Assembly (NCBI GenBank): GCA_012730045.1
Contig: JAAYBR010000143.1
Coordinates: 26,785 to 90,784 of the forward strand
DNA length: 64,000 bases
Reading direction: 5' to 3'
Origin: Candidatus Hydrogenedentota bacterium
GTDB lineage: Bacteria; Hydrogenedentota; Hydrogenedentia; Hydrogenedentales; CAITNO01
Part shown: piece by piece, positions 44,750-54,020 of the stretch
How positions within the stretch are numbered: the first letter of the stretch is position 1
How the letters are laid out: each line of letters opens with the position of its first letter
Made by a program: the position numbers and the translations under genes
Notes under the pieces: model-generated
The model's database searches: none
The model's input: only the letters and a program-made list of their open reading frames with translations
What the model was told of the DNA's origin: nothing

Positions 44750-45424
44750 ATGCGGTTGATCGTTTTTCTGGCCCTGGCGGCCTGCGTGCTGTTGCCGGTC
44801 GGATGCTCCCAGGGCGGCGCGCCCCCCTCTGCGGGGCCCAGGCGGACGGATGCGCCGCCCGCCGCGCCGCAGGCTCCGGAGGCGGCGCCCGGCCCCGCAG
44901 TGATAGACATCGGGGACGTTGAAAGCAGCATCGTGGTGGCGGCCACGGTGCCCCCCGAGGGTCTGCCCGCGGAGGTGACGGTGGAGGAGATGAAGACGGC
45001 GCGGGACCGGCTGGCCCTCTGCACCGTGACGGTCCGCCCCCCCTACCCTGCCAGTCTCACGCTTCGCATGACGCTGGAGCCGCAGCGGGGTTTCGCGGAG
45101 CGCCCCGTGGTGCTGCGCGGCGCGGTGTACCGGGACGATGCCCCCCTTGCCCCCGCGTTGGAGACGGTCGTGGGCGCACAAGGGCCGGCGGCGCCGGCGG
45201 CCCCCGCCGCCGCCCGTCCCCTCACGGTGGACGTGGACCTGATGCAGGGACTGACCCCTGTTCCCGACACGATGCTCGTCGTGGGGAAACTGGACGCGTT
45301 TCTGATGGATGCGGGCGCGCCGGAGGCGGGGCTGGACCCCGCGACGGCGACCTCCGCCAGCCGCACCGTGCTGCAAAGCAACCCCGTGCGGGTGAACTTC
45401 GTCCGCGAGGGCGCGGCGCAATGA
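44750..45424 (+). CDS. hypothetical lipoprotein
   Basis: Track ORF 44570..45424 trimmed to the ATG at 44750 (GGAAGGAGA upstream). MRLIVFLALAACVLLPVGCSQ is a lipobox. Its stop overlaps the start of the next gene (ATGA). Confidence 0.5.
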   Translation: MRLIVFLALAACVLLPVGCSQGGAPPSAGPRRTDAPPAAPQAPEAAPGPAVIDIGDVESSIVVAATVPPEGLPAEVTVEEMKTARDRLALCTVTVRPPYPASLTLRMTLEPQRGFAERPVVLRGAVYRDDAPLAPALETVVGAQGPAAPAAPAAARPLTVDVDLMQGLTPVPDTMLVVGKLDAFLMDAGAPEAGLDPATATSASRTVLQSNPVRVNFVREGAAQ

Positions 45425-46242
45425 ACATCCTGTGCGCGGGCGCGCATCCGGACGACGCCGAGTTCTACGCGGGCGGGTCCATGATCCGGTGGGCCGCCGC
45501 CGGGCACCGGGTGACGGCGGTTTCGCTGACCAACGGCGACGCGGGCCACCACGAGACCCCCCTTCCGGAGCTGGCCGTCCGCCGCCGTGCGGAGGCGCTG
45601 GAGGCCGCGCGCAGGGGCGGCTATGAGGCCGTGACGTGGGACGTGCATGACGGGGAGCTCATGCCCACCCTGGAGCTGCGCCGGGAAATGGTGCGGCTGA
45701 TCCGGCGCTGCCGCGCGGACGTGGTGCTCTGCCACCGGCCCTACGACTACCATCCGGACCACCGCTACACGGGCGTCCTGGTTCAGGACGCGGCGTTCAT
45801 GGTCACGGTGCCCCATGTGTGCCCCGAGGAGCCCGCGCTGGAGACCAACCCGGTGTTCCTCTACATGACCGACCCCTTCTCGCGGGAGGCGCCGTTTCAG
45901 GCGGACCTGGCAGTGCCCATAGACTGCGTGGACGAGGCCAAGTGGCGTCTGCTGGATGCCATGCCGTCGCAGTTCTACGAGTGGCTTCCCTGGCTGGAGC
46001 ACCGGCTGGACGAGGTGCCCCCGGCCAACGCGCCGGAGGCGCGCTTCGCCTGGCTTCAGCAGTTCCACGGCCCTGTGCTTGACGAGATGTTCGCCCCCCA
46101 CCGCGCCGTTCTGGAGCGGATCCACGGCGCCGCGGCCGCGGGGGTGCGGCGTTTCGAGGTGTTCGGTGTCTGCGGTTACGGCCGGAGCCCGGGCGACGAG
46201 GAAGTGCGGGCACTGTGCCTGTGCGGCGCCCCTCCGGCATGA
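45421..46242 (+). CDS. PIG-L/LmbE family N-acetylglucosaminyl deacetylase
   Basis: The N-terminal ILCAGAHPDDAEFYAGGS motif (AHPDDE) and downstream HPDH are present. 273 aa. Confidence 0.75.
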   Translation: MNILCAGAHPDDAEFYAGGSMIRWAAAGHRVTAVSLTNGDAGHHETPLPELAVRRRAEALEAARRGGYEAVTWDVHDGELMPTLELRREMVRLIRRCRADVVLCHRPYDYHPDHRYTGVLVQDAAFMVTVPHVCPEEPALETNPVFLYMTDPFSREAPFQADLAVPIDCVDEAKWRLLDAMPSQFYEWLPWLEHRLDEVPPANAPEARFAWLQQFHGPVLDEMFAPHRAVLERIHGAAAAGVRRFEVFGVCGYGRSPGDEEVRALCLCGAPPA

Positions 46243-46265
46243 CCCACTCTTCAAGGAGACCCGCC

Positions 46266-46940
46266 ATGAAGTCCCCCCTGTTCCGGTTCGTGATGGTGCT
46301 GACCCTCCTGCTGCTGCCCGCGGCGGGCCGCGCGGCGGACACGCCCGTGGTCATCAACACCGGGGTCGGCACCGCCCTGACCGTGCCCGGCTCTGTCCTG
46401 TTCACGTTTCAAAAACGCTTCGAGGGCCCGGATGTTAAAAGCGCGGTGGAGTCCGCCGGCGCCTTCATTGCGGAAATGCAGCAACTGCTGCGCTCTGGGG
46501 AGGTGCAGCCCGCCGTGGTGTCCTCCGTGCCGCCGCTGCTGACCAACCTCGACTCCGCGTGTGTCTGGGCACAGGTGCGCGCCGAGTTTCTCATGACCAC
46601 CATGAACACGCCCAGCACGGGCCCGGTGCAGTACGGGCTGCTCTGCGACAAAATGTCCGCCCTGGCGGCGGCGCAGGGGGCCACACTGGTACAGCCCAAG
46701 CTTCTGCCCCCGGACCGTGACCTCACTGCCGACGCGGCGGTGGCCAAGGCGGTGGAAGTGGCCTACTCGCAGGCGGAGGCGGTGGCCACCGCGGTGCGCA
46801 GCGCCATCTACGCCGTGGGCTCCGCGGAGATTCTGGAAGTCGCCTGGGAGGACGAGCCGGCCGTGGAGCCCGGGGAGGTTCCCCAGATCAAATGCACCGC
46901 CCGGGTGCGCATGACCTACACCCTGGGCCCGGTGGAGTAA
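46266..46940 (+). CDS. secreted hypothetical protein (possibly SIMPL/DUF541-like)
   Basis: Track ORF 46215..46940 trimmed to the ATG at 46266 (AAGGAGA 7 nt upstream). Signal peptide MKSPLFRFVMVLTLLLLPAAGRA. The domain assignment is tentative. Confidence 0.45.
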   Translation: MKSPLFRFVMVLTLLLLPAAGRAADTPVVINTGVGTALTVPGSVLFTFQKRFEGPDVKSAVESAGAFIAEMQQLLRSGEVQPAVVSSVPPLLTNLDSACVWAQVRAEFLMTTMNTPSTGPVQYGLLCDKMSALAAAQGATLVQPKLLPPDRDLTADAAVAKAVEVAYSQAEAVATAVRSAIYAVGSAEILEVAWEDEPAVEPGEVPQIKCTARVRMTYTLGPVE

Positions 46941-46975
46941 ACGCCGTTCCCGACGGCCGCACAAGGAGTATTCAG

Positions 46976-47938
46976 ATGAGACCATGCATGTACCTCTCCC
47001 CCGTCGCCCTGCTGACCCTGGCGGGTTGCGCCACCACCTTCCACGCGGGGCCGCCCGAGGGGGCCGTGGCGGTCATCGCCCACCGGGGCGCCAGCGCCTA
47101 TGCCCCGGAGAACACCCTCGCGGCGTTCTCCAAGGCTCTTGAGATGGGGGCCGACTGGTTTGAGCTGGACTGCCACCTCACCAAGGACGGCAAGCTGGCG
47201 GTCATCCACGACGCCGACCTCAAGCGGGTGGCCAACGAAAACCCGCGGGTGGTGCCCCTGAGCACCCTGGAGTCCCTCCAACAGGCGGATGTCGGCGCGT
47301 GGAAGGGCGCGGAGTTCACCGGGGAGCGCATCCCCTCGCTGGAGCAGGCGCTGGACTTCGCCAGGGGGAAGATCGGCGTCTATCTGGAGGTGAAAAGCGA
47401 CTGGCCGGACGCCAAACTCACGGAGAAGCTCGTGGCCCTTGCGCAGGACTGGCAGGGGGATGAGGCGTCCCTGCGCCGGGCGATGATGCGTGAAATCGAG
47501 GCGGACGGCACCCGTAACCTCCTGCTGACGCGGGAAGTCCTGAAGGCGGTGAAAGCCCGGCGCATGAAGGACCAGGTGGTTCTTCAGTCCTTCTCCCCTG
47601 TGGTCTGCGTGATCGCCCTGGCGGAGATGCCCGAACTGCGCACGGAATTTCTCGGCGCGGACGACCCCGAGAAGCCGGGGCAGTGGGAGCGCTTCGTGAT
47701 GTTCGGTTCGCGCATCGGGGTGGCGGGGTTCAACGTCAGCAAGGATTCGGTGACGGCGGAACGCATCGCGGCCTTCCACGCGGCGGGCAAGACCAGCGCC
47801 GCCTGGACGGTGGACGACCCGGCGGAGATGACGCGCTGCGTGGACTGCGGCGTGGACGCCCTCATCACCAACCGTCCGGACCTGTGCATTGAGACCCTGC
47901 GCGCCCTGGGCAAATACCCGGAACGGGGCCGTTCATGA
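46976..47938 (+). CDS. glycerophosphodiester phosphodiesterase (GDPD family), lipoprotein
   Basis: Track ORF 46892..47938 trimmed to the ATG at 46976 (AAGGAG upstream). LTLAGC lipobox. The GDPD catalytic block IAHRGASAYAPENTLAAFSKALEMGADWFELDCHLTKDGKLAVIHD is present. Confidence 0.75.
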   Translation: MRPCMYLSPVALLTLAGCATTFHAGPPEGAVAVIAHRGASAYAPENTLAAFSKALEMGADWFELDCHLTKDGKLAVIHDADLKRVANENPRVVPLSTLESLQQADVGAWKGAEFTGERIPSLEQALDFARGKIGVYLEVKSDWPDAKLTEKLVALAQDWQGDEASLRRAMMREIEADGTRNLLLTREVLKAVKARRMKDQVVLQSFSPVVCVIALAEMPELRTEFLGADDPEKPGQWERFVMFGSRIGVAGFNVSKDSVTAERIAAFHAAGKTSAAWTVDDPAEMTRCVDCGVDALITNRPDLCIETLRALGKYPERGRS

Positions 47939-48690
47939 GCCCAACCTCCCGGCCAGTCGGCACCCAAAGCGTCCTTCTGACCAGTTTCTGCCATGAGCGG
48001 GCCGCCGCGCCCTTCTTGGAGGCGCTGGCCGCCGTGGGTGTCCGCGCCTGGACCGAGGGCGGGGAGAACGAGGCGCCCGTGGGGGTGTGCGTGGGCCCTT
48101 CCGATGTCCCTGCGGCGGCGGAAGTGCTCCGGCGGCATGTCGAGGCGCGTGTCGCGGAACTGGAGGCTTTTGACGGTGCCGCCCTCGGGGGGGTGGACGC
48201 CGACTGGTCCGAGACGCCGTGGCACGAGGTGACCTTTTTCGCGGACAGGGGTGAGGCGGACGTCTTTGCCGGGGTTCTCGAAAGCCACAGCGTCCCTTAC
48301 CGCTTTTCGGTTCCGAGCATTATCCCCCGCGCGTACTTCTATGGAAAAGGCCCAGAACGTGGTCTGCGTGTGTTCGTACCGGAACCTTTCTTGGCATGGG
48401 CGGTGGCCTGGGTGGAGGCCGGCCAGCAGCGGAGTGATCTGGAGGAGCTGGGCATCGAGCCCGACGCGGATTTGGAAAGCTACTATGACGCCGTGGAGGC
48501 GGGGACGGTCTGCCCCGAATGCGGCGGCAAGGACATCGAGACCCTCCCCCCCGTCCCGGCGAAACCCAAGGACTTCCTCGGATTTCTTTTGGGGCTGGTG
48601 AAGGACGTCATCCTCCTCGCGGTCGCGCGGGAGATTCCCGACGACGGGGACAAGGCCCACGTCTGCCGCGACTGCGGCTGTGAGTGGTAG
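47935..48690 (+). CDS. hypothetical protein with C-terminal zinc-ribbon (CPECGG...CRDCGCEW)
   Basis: The start overlaps the GDPD stop (ATGA). 251 aa. The N-terminal half is of unknown fold; the C-terminal half has four Cys in a ribbon arrangement flanking a hydrophobic helix. Confidence 0.45.
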   Translation: MSPTSRPVGTQSVLLTSFCHERAAAPFLEALAAVGVRAWTEGGENEAPVGVCVGPSDVPAAAEVLRRHVEARVAELEAFDGAALGGVDADWSETPWHEVTFFADRGEADVFAGVLESHSVPYRFSVPSIIPRAYFYGKGPERGLRVFVPEPFLAWAVAWVEAGQQRSDLEELGIEPDADLESYYDAVEAGTVCPECGGKDIETLPPVPAKPKDFLGFLLGLVKDVILLAVAREIPDDGDKAHVCRDCGCEW

Positions 48691-48697
48691 GGGCCGC

Positions 48698-49720
48698 ATG
48701 AACGTCGCCGACTTGGATTATGCCCTTCCCGAGGAGCTGATCGCGCAGCATCCCTGCCCGGACCGGGACGGATCGCGCCTGCTGGTGGTGGACCGCGCCA
48801 CGGGAACCCTCACCGAGGATGTCTACCGCAATGTCGCCGCGTGGCTTCGTCCCGGCGACTGCATGACCCTCAACGACACCCGGGTCATCCGCGCGCGGCT
48901 GCACGGCCACAAGGAGAGCGGCGGCGCGGTGGAGATATTCCTGCTGCGGGAGGAGGCCCCCGGCGTATGGGCCGCCCTCGTGCGCCCGTCGGCCAAGGTG
49001 CGCCCCGGGGCTGCGGTCCTGCTTCCGGGGGGCATCCGCGCCGAGGTGCTGGAGCCGCTCCCCAACGGGCAGCGCCGGGTCCGCTTTGACCGGCCCGACG
49101 TGGTGGAGACCCTGGAGCGGATCGGCGAGATTCCCCTGCCCCCCTACATCCACCGGGACACGCAGGAGGCGGGCGACGCGGTCCGCTACCAGACCGTGTT
49201 CGCGCGGACGCCCGGCGCGGTGGCCGCGCCGACGGCGGGGCTCCACCTGACCCCCGAGGTCTTCGCCGCCCTCGACGCGAAGGGGGTGCGGCGGGCGCAT
49301 CTCACGCTGCATGTGGGCTACGGCACCTTCAAGCCCATCACGGCGGAGCGGCTGGAGGACCACCGGGTGGACCCGGAGGACTTCGAGTTTCCGGAGGACA
49401 CGGCGGAGCTTCTGAACGCAACCCGCGCGGCGGGCGGCCGGGTAATGGCGGTAGGCACCACGGCCACCCGCGTGCTGGAGACGCAGTGGCGCGACGGGCG
49501 CTTCCACGCCGGGGCCGGCCAGACCACCACCTACATCCATCCCCCGCACACCTTTCGGGGCGTGGACATCCTCCAGACCAACTTCCACCTGCCCAAGTCG
49601 AGCCTGCTGGCGCTGGTCTGCGCCTTCGCGGGGCGCGACCTGACCATGGACGCCTACGCCCACGCCGTCCGCAACCGTTTCCGCTTCTACTCCTACGGGG
49701 ACGTGATGCTCATTCTGTGA
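48698..49720 (+). CDS. queA: S-adenosylmethionine:tRNA ribosyltransferase-isomerase
   Basis: Track ORF 48680..49720; the ATG at 48698 gives MNVADLDYALPEELIAQ, the canonical QueA N-terminus. The conserved GTTxxR block (AVGTTATRVLE) is present. Confidence 0.85.
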   Translation: MNVADLDYALPEELIAQHPCPDRDGSRLLVVDRATGTLTEDVYRNVAAWLRPGDCMTLNDTRVIRARLHGHKESGGAVEIFLLREEAPGVWAALVRPSAKVRPGAAVLLPGGIRAEVLEPLPNGQRRVRFDRPDVVETLERIGEIPLPPYIHRDTQEAGDAVRYQTVFARTPGAVAAPTAGLHLTPEVFAALDAKGVRRAHLTLHVGYGTFKPITAERLEDHRVDPEDFEFPEDTAELLNATRAAGGRVMAVGTTATRVLETQWRDGRFHAGAGQTTTYIHPPHTFRGVDILQTNFHLPKSSLLALVCAFAGRDLTMDAYAHAVRNRFRFYSYGDVMLIL

Positions 49721-49833
49721 GCGGGCATATGGCATCACCTGAACAAAAAGCCCGACAACAATACCTTCAGCACGCACAGGGGCTTCTTCGTTTTTCCTTC
49801 CCGAGCGCTCCGGAGCGCCGAAGGCGCGCCATA

Positions 49834-50076
49834 CAATAGCCCGGGGCGTGAGCCCCGGGGAGGGAGACAAGCCTGGGTTCTAAGAGAGCGCTGAAAGCGC
49901 GGCACATAGGCGGAAGGTCTTTGTGCCGCCCCTTCGGGGCTCCGGCGGCGGGGGGGGCGTTTCCCGGGGCTTGCGCCCCGGGCTATTGAATGCCGCGCTT
50001 TCAGCGCTCTGAAACCCACCCTCAAGGGGGAACCAATGGCCGGTCTTCTCAAGGGGGAACCAATGGCCGGTCTTCT
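49834..50076. repeat. compound palindromic element plus tandem 27-bp direct repeat between convergent queA and cls
   Basis: Hairpin CCCGGGGC-gtga-GCCCCGGG (49834-49860) and its inverted twin at 49963-49988. An 17-bp inverted repeat GAGCGCTGAAAGCGCGG / CCGCGCTTTCAGCGCTC is separated by 90 nt (49886-49902 / 49993-50009). Nested small hairpins lie inside. Then CAAGGGGGAACCAATGGCCGGTCTTCT occurs twice (50023-50076). Confidence 0.55.
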
Positions 50077-50087
50077 GACACAGGTCT

Positions 50088-51479
50088 TCACAGCAGCGGC
50101 GAAATGAGGTGGCAGAGCTGCTCCGCCCAGGCGCGGCTGGGGCTTACGGGCTTTTCCCCCAGCGGCACACTCCCCTTCTCCAGGCCGGAGAAGAACGACG
50201 CCACGCGGTCCACCTCGCCGCGCGTGTGGTGGAACAGGGCGATCTCGTAGTTGAGGTAGAGGCTGCGCATGTCGAGGTTGGGGGTTCCGGTGATGGCGAG
50301 GGTGTGGTCGAAGATCATGGCCTTGGCGTGCACCATGCGGCCCGGGTACCCGTAGACCTTTCCGCCCGCGCGGACGAGGGCGCGCAGCGAGGGGCCGCGG
50401 GCGATGTCGGCGAGGCGGTGGTTGGACCGCAGCGGCACCACGACCCGCACGTCCTTTCCCCCCCGCGCCTTCACCTCGAGCGGCTTGAGAAACGCCTCAT
50501 CGGGGATGAAATAGGGCGTGACCAGCCAGATCCGCCGGCGGGCGTCCATGACCGCGCCCAGGAGCGCGTCGTTGAACGTGTCCTCCGGCACGTCCGGCCC
50601 GCTGGCCACCACCTGGATGCGGGACGGTCCGGGTCCCTCGGCGGCGTCCGCCGCGTCGGGCAACTCCAACTCCTCGTTGGTGGCGTAGTACCAGTCGCTC
50701 AAGAAGACCCGCTCGATGTCCGCGACGGCGGGCCCCTCCAGGAAGGAGGCCATGTCCACGAAGCGGCGCGGGTCGGGCGTGGGGCCCATGAAGGCCGAGG
50801 CGAGGTTCATGCCGCCCACCATGGCGACGCGGTGGTCCGCCACGACGATTTTGCGGTGGTTGCGGAGGTTGGCCGACCACCGGCGCTGCACGGGCAGCAC
50901 GGGCATGAAGGTGGCCACGCGCCCGCCCGCCTCGATCACGGGCCGGAGGAAGGCCCCGCTCGCCCAGATGCTCCCGAGGGAGTCCAGCAGCAGGCGGACC
51001 TCCACCCCCTCGGCGGCCTTCCGCGCGAGGACGCGGGTCAGCGCCTTGCCGGTTTCCTCCCGGCCGAGGATGAAGGTCATGACGTGGAGGGACTTTTCCG
51101 CCTCCTCGATCATGCCCATGAGCCGCCAGAAGGCGGTCTCCCCGTTGAAGTGCATGTCCACGGTGTTCCCGGAACGCGGGGGCGGCACCCCTGGCCCCCA
51201 CACGCCCCCGGCGCCGGATTCCCCCTCCCCGCCGGAGGGGGCGGGCGGGTCGCCGGTGTAGAGGACCGCCTTCTTGCGGGCGGCCCGGCGTACCTTTCTG
51301 CCGCCGATAAGGAGGTAGAGCGGCACGCCCACATAGGGGATGAGGATGATGGCCATGAGCCAGGCGAGGGTGCCGCCGGGCTGGCGGCGCTCCTGCAGCA
51401 CGCGCACGGCAAGCACCACGGCGAGCAGAAAGCCGCTGATGGTCAGCAGATGCTCAAGCGCCAGCTGCGCCATGGACAC
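50088..51479 (-). CDS. cls: cardiolipin synthase (PLD superfamily)
   Basis: Two N-terminal TM helices. Two HKD motifs (HRKIVVADHRVAMVGGMN and HAKAMIFDHTLAITGTPNLD). 463 aa. Confidence 0.85.
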   Translation of the reverse strand: MSMAQLALEHLLTISGFLLAVVLAVRVLQERRQPGGTLAWLMAIILIPYVGVPLYLLIGGRKVRRAARKKAVLYTGDPPAPSGGEGESGAGGVWGPGVPPPRSGNTVDMHFNGETAFWRLMGMIEEAEKSLHVMTFILGREETGKALTRVLARKAAEGVEVRLLLDSLGSIWASGAFLRPVIEAGGRVATFMPVLPVQRRWSANLRNHRKIVVADHRVAMVGGMNLASAFMGPTPDPRRFVDMASFLEGPAVADIERVFLSDWYYATNEELELPDAADAAEGPGPSRIQVVASGPDVPEDTFNDALLGAVMDARRRIWLVTPYFIPDEAFLKPLEVKARGGKDVRVVVPLRSNHRLADIARGPSLRALVRAGGKVYGYPGRMVHAKAMIFDHTLAITGTPNLDMRSLYLNYEIALFHHTRGEVDRVASFFSGLEKGSVPLGEKPVSPSRAWAEQLCHLISPLL

Positions 51480-51480
51480 C

Positions 51481-53208
51481 TCACTCCTTCGGGGTCAGGA
51501 CGATGAAGGTGGGCAGGCCCAGCACCTGGAAATGCCCCGTCACCTCGCGGGCCGGGGACTGCGTCAGGTTCTCGGCCTGGTACTTGACCTTGACGTACCC
51601 CTCCAGACGCGAGAGCACCTCGTCGTCTTTCAGAATGGTCTTGTCCATGAGGGAGCAGTTCTTGCACCAGGTGGCCCAGAAGTCCACGATGACCGGCTTT
51701 TTCTCGTCCAGCGCCCGCCGGAACCCCTCCTCCAGGCTGGGCGTCCAGCCGCCGGCGGACGCGTCCGCCGCCTGCGGCGCGCCGGAGAGGGACCACGCCA
51801 ACTGCCCGTAGTATGCGGCGAACCCCAGGATGAAAAAGCCGAAGGCGTACTTCACCCAGGTCATCCACTTGCCCGGCTTGGGCAGGAAGGAGAGGCCCGC
51901 GCCCAGGAAGGGCCACGGCAGGGCCATGCCCGCGCCCAAGAGGAAGGGCAGCAGCACGGCGGCCCGGTGTCCCTGGCTGTACAGGTCCTGCGCGTGCAGG
52001 ATGGTGTAGATGACGACCGGGGCGACGCAGGCCCCGGCGAGCAGCGCGGAGACCCCGCCCATGAAGAGCGCCGCAGGGAAACTGCCGTTCTCGTTGCGCC
52101 GCACCCCCAGCCGCGCCTGGAACCGCGAGAAGTCTATCTGGATCAGGTCGAACATGGCGACGCCGAGCACCACGAAGAGGGCCGCGATGGCGGCGTTGAA
52201 CCACACGGTGGAGTTGATCGCGCCGAAGGCGGAACTGACCCCCAGCACCACCGCAAGCCCGAGGCCGCCGTAGACAAGGGCGATGCCCGCGCCGTAGGCC
52301 GCGCCCAGCAGGAAACCCCGCGTCTTGCTGCCCGCCCGCGCCCCGGCGCCGATGATGGCGACGTTGATGGGGATCAGCGGCAGCACGCAGGGGGTCAGGT
52401 TCAGCAGGAGTCCGCCGAACACCACCAGCAGCAGCATGGGCAGGAAGCCCCTTCCCGCAAACCCGCCTCCGGCGGGTTCCCCGGTTTCGGCGGCCTCCAC
52501 AAAGGCCAGGAACCCCGCCTTGTCCGCATAGCCGTCCAGACGGCCCGACACCGTGAAGCGCTCCGCAAGGGCGCGCCAGTCGTCCGATGCGGCGACGGGC
52601 TCCGCCGGTGTGGCGGTCTCCCCTGCTTCCGACTCAACACGCTCCGCAAGATTCTCCGCCTGGTCCCAGTTCAGTTCGGGGAACCCGGCGGTCTTCTCCC
52701 CCGCCGCCGCCGCCACCGTGACCTCCACGGCGAATTCGGCCTCCGCCGGGGGCGCGCACATCTTGTCATTGCAGGCCTGGTACTGGAGCGTGCCCTTCAG
52801 GGGGTACGTTCCCTGCGCGAGGCCTGCCGGGGCTTCCGCCTCGATGCCGACGGCGAAGGTGCCCTCGTACAGGGCCAGAGGCTCCGGGGAGAAGGACAGC
52901 GTCATCATGACGGCCTCGGGATAGGCCGCCCGCAGCACGCGGAACGGGCTGTCCGCAGGGAACGTGACCAGCGTGGGAATCAGGAACTCGTCCAGGGGAT
53001 GACGCGCGTTCACATGCCACGGCTTGTCCACGGAGAACGTGACGGCGGCGCGGAAGGTCTGCCCCGGCGCGACGGCGGAGGTCTCCACCAGCGCCGAGTG
53101 GGACACCGCCGGGCCGGCGGGCTGCGCGGAAGCCGCGTATCCGGCCAGAAGAACCAGCACCCCCAGGCATGACGCGCCGATTCCTTTTCCTCTCTTGGAA
53201 CGTGTCAT
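51481..53208 (-). CDS. dsbD: thiol:disulfide interchange protein DsbD
   Basis: Signal peptide. N-terminal DsbD-alpha domain with CNDKMC. Central CcdA-like TM core with LTPCVLPL. C-terminal thioredoxin domain with WCKNC. Confidence 0.85.
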   Translation of the reverse strand: MTRSKRGKGIGASCLGVLVLLAGYAASAQPAGPAVSHSALVETSAVAPGQTFRAAVTFSVDKPWHVNARHPLDEFLIPTLVTFPADSPFRVLRAAYPEAVMMTLSFSPEPLALYEGTFAVGIEAEAPAGLAQGTYPLKGTLQYQACNDKMCAPPAEAEFAVEVTVAAAAGEKTAGFPELNWDQAENLAERVESEAGETATPAEPVAASDDWRALAERFTVSGRLDGYADKAGFLAFVEAAETGEPAGGGFAGRGFLPMLLLVVFGGLLLNLTPCVLPLIPINVAIIGAGARAGSKTRGFLLGAAYGAGIALVYGGLGLAVVLGVSSAFGAINSTVWFNAAIAALFVVLGVAMFDLIQIDFSRFQARLGVRRNENGSFPAALFMGGVSALLAGACVAPVVIYTILHAQDLYSQGHRAAVLLPFLLGAGMALPWPFLGAGLSFLPKPGKWMTWVKYAFGFFILGFAAYYGQLAWSLSGAPQAADASAGGWTPSLEEGFRRALDEKKPVIVDFWATWCKNCSLMDKTILKDDEVLSRLEGYVKVKYQAENLTQSPAREVTGHFQVLGLPTFIVLTPKE

Positions 53209-53285
53209 GAGACATCCCTTTCCCGTTGCCGCTGTTGCGTTTATAGTAGCAACATGTCTGCGGGGAATGGCATTCCGGGCGGGGG

Positions 53286-54020
53286 TTACTCCCCCTCCCC
53301 CCCGTCATCGTCCTCTTCGACCGCGAATTTCGGGTTGTTCCCGGAAATCACAATGGTGACCTCGCCCTTGACCTGTCTTCCGGCGAATTCGGCGGCGAGG
53401 TCCGCAAGAAACCCGCGCCGGACGCTCTCGAACTTTTTGGTCAGCTCCAGGCACACGGCGGCGAGGCGGTTGCCGAGGGCGGCGTGGGCGTCGGCGAGGC
53501 AGGCTCCCACGCGGTAGGGGGACTCGAAGACCACGAGGGAATGGGGCAGGTCCTTCTCCATCTCGAAGAAGCGGCGGCGCGGCCCGGGTTTACGGGGCGG
53601 GAAGCCCTTGAAGGAGAAGCTCGCCGTGGAGAGTCCGGAGGCCAGCAGGGCCGTGGTCACGGCGCTGGGTCCGGGCACCACCTCGATGCGGTACCCCTTT
53701 TCGTGGCAGAGCGCGGCGATCCGGTAGCCCGGGTCGCTGATGCCCGGGCAGCCCCCGTCGGTGCAGAGGGCGACGCTCTTGCCCTCCTCCAGCAGGCCCG
53801 CGATGCGGCGTGCGGCGTGCTCCTCGTTGTGCTCGTGGTACGAGAAGCGGTGGGCGGGCGCGGTGATGCCGTGGCGCTCGAAGATGATGCGGGTGGTGCG
53901 GGTGTCCTCGCAGGCGAGGGCGTCGGCCCCGGACAGCACGCGCAGGGCGCGCAGGGTGATGTCCTCCAGGTTGCCGATGGGGGTGGCGACGAGGTAGAGG
54001 GTTCCCGGTTCCAAGCTCAT
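53286..54020 (-). CDS. rsmI: 16S rRNA (cytidine1402-2'-O)-methyltransferase
   Basis: N-terminal LYLVATPIGNLEDITLRALRVL is the tetrapyrrole-methylase-fold RsmI signature. 244 aa with an acidic C-terminal tail. Confidence 0.85.
   Translation of the reverse strand: MSLEPGTLYLVATPIGNLEDITLRALRVLSGADALACEDTRTTRIIFERHGITAPAHRFSYHEHNEEHAARRIAGLLEEGKSVALCTDGGCPGISDPGYRIAALCHEKGYRIEVVPGPSAVTTALLASGLSTASFSFKGFPPRKPGPRRRFFEMEKDLPHSLVVFESPYRVGACLADAHAALGNRLAAVCLELTKKFESVRRGFLADLAAEFAGRQVKGEVTIVISGNNPKFAVEEDDDGGEGE

Noticed and set aside
50023-50076. Possible CRISPR array
   Set aside because: Only two directly adjacent 27-bp repeats with no intervening spacers and no cas genes in the window.
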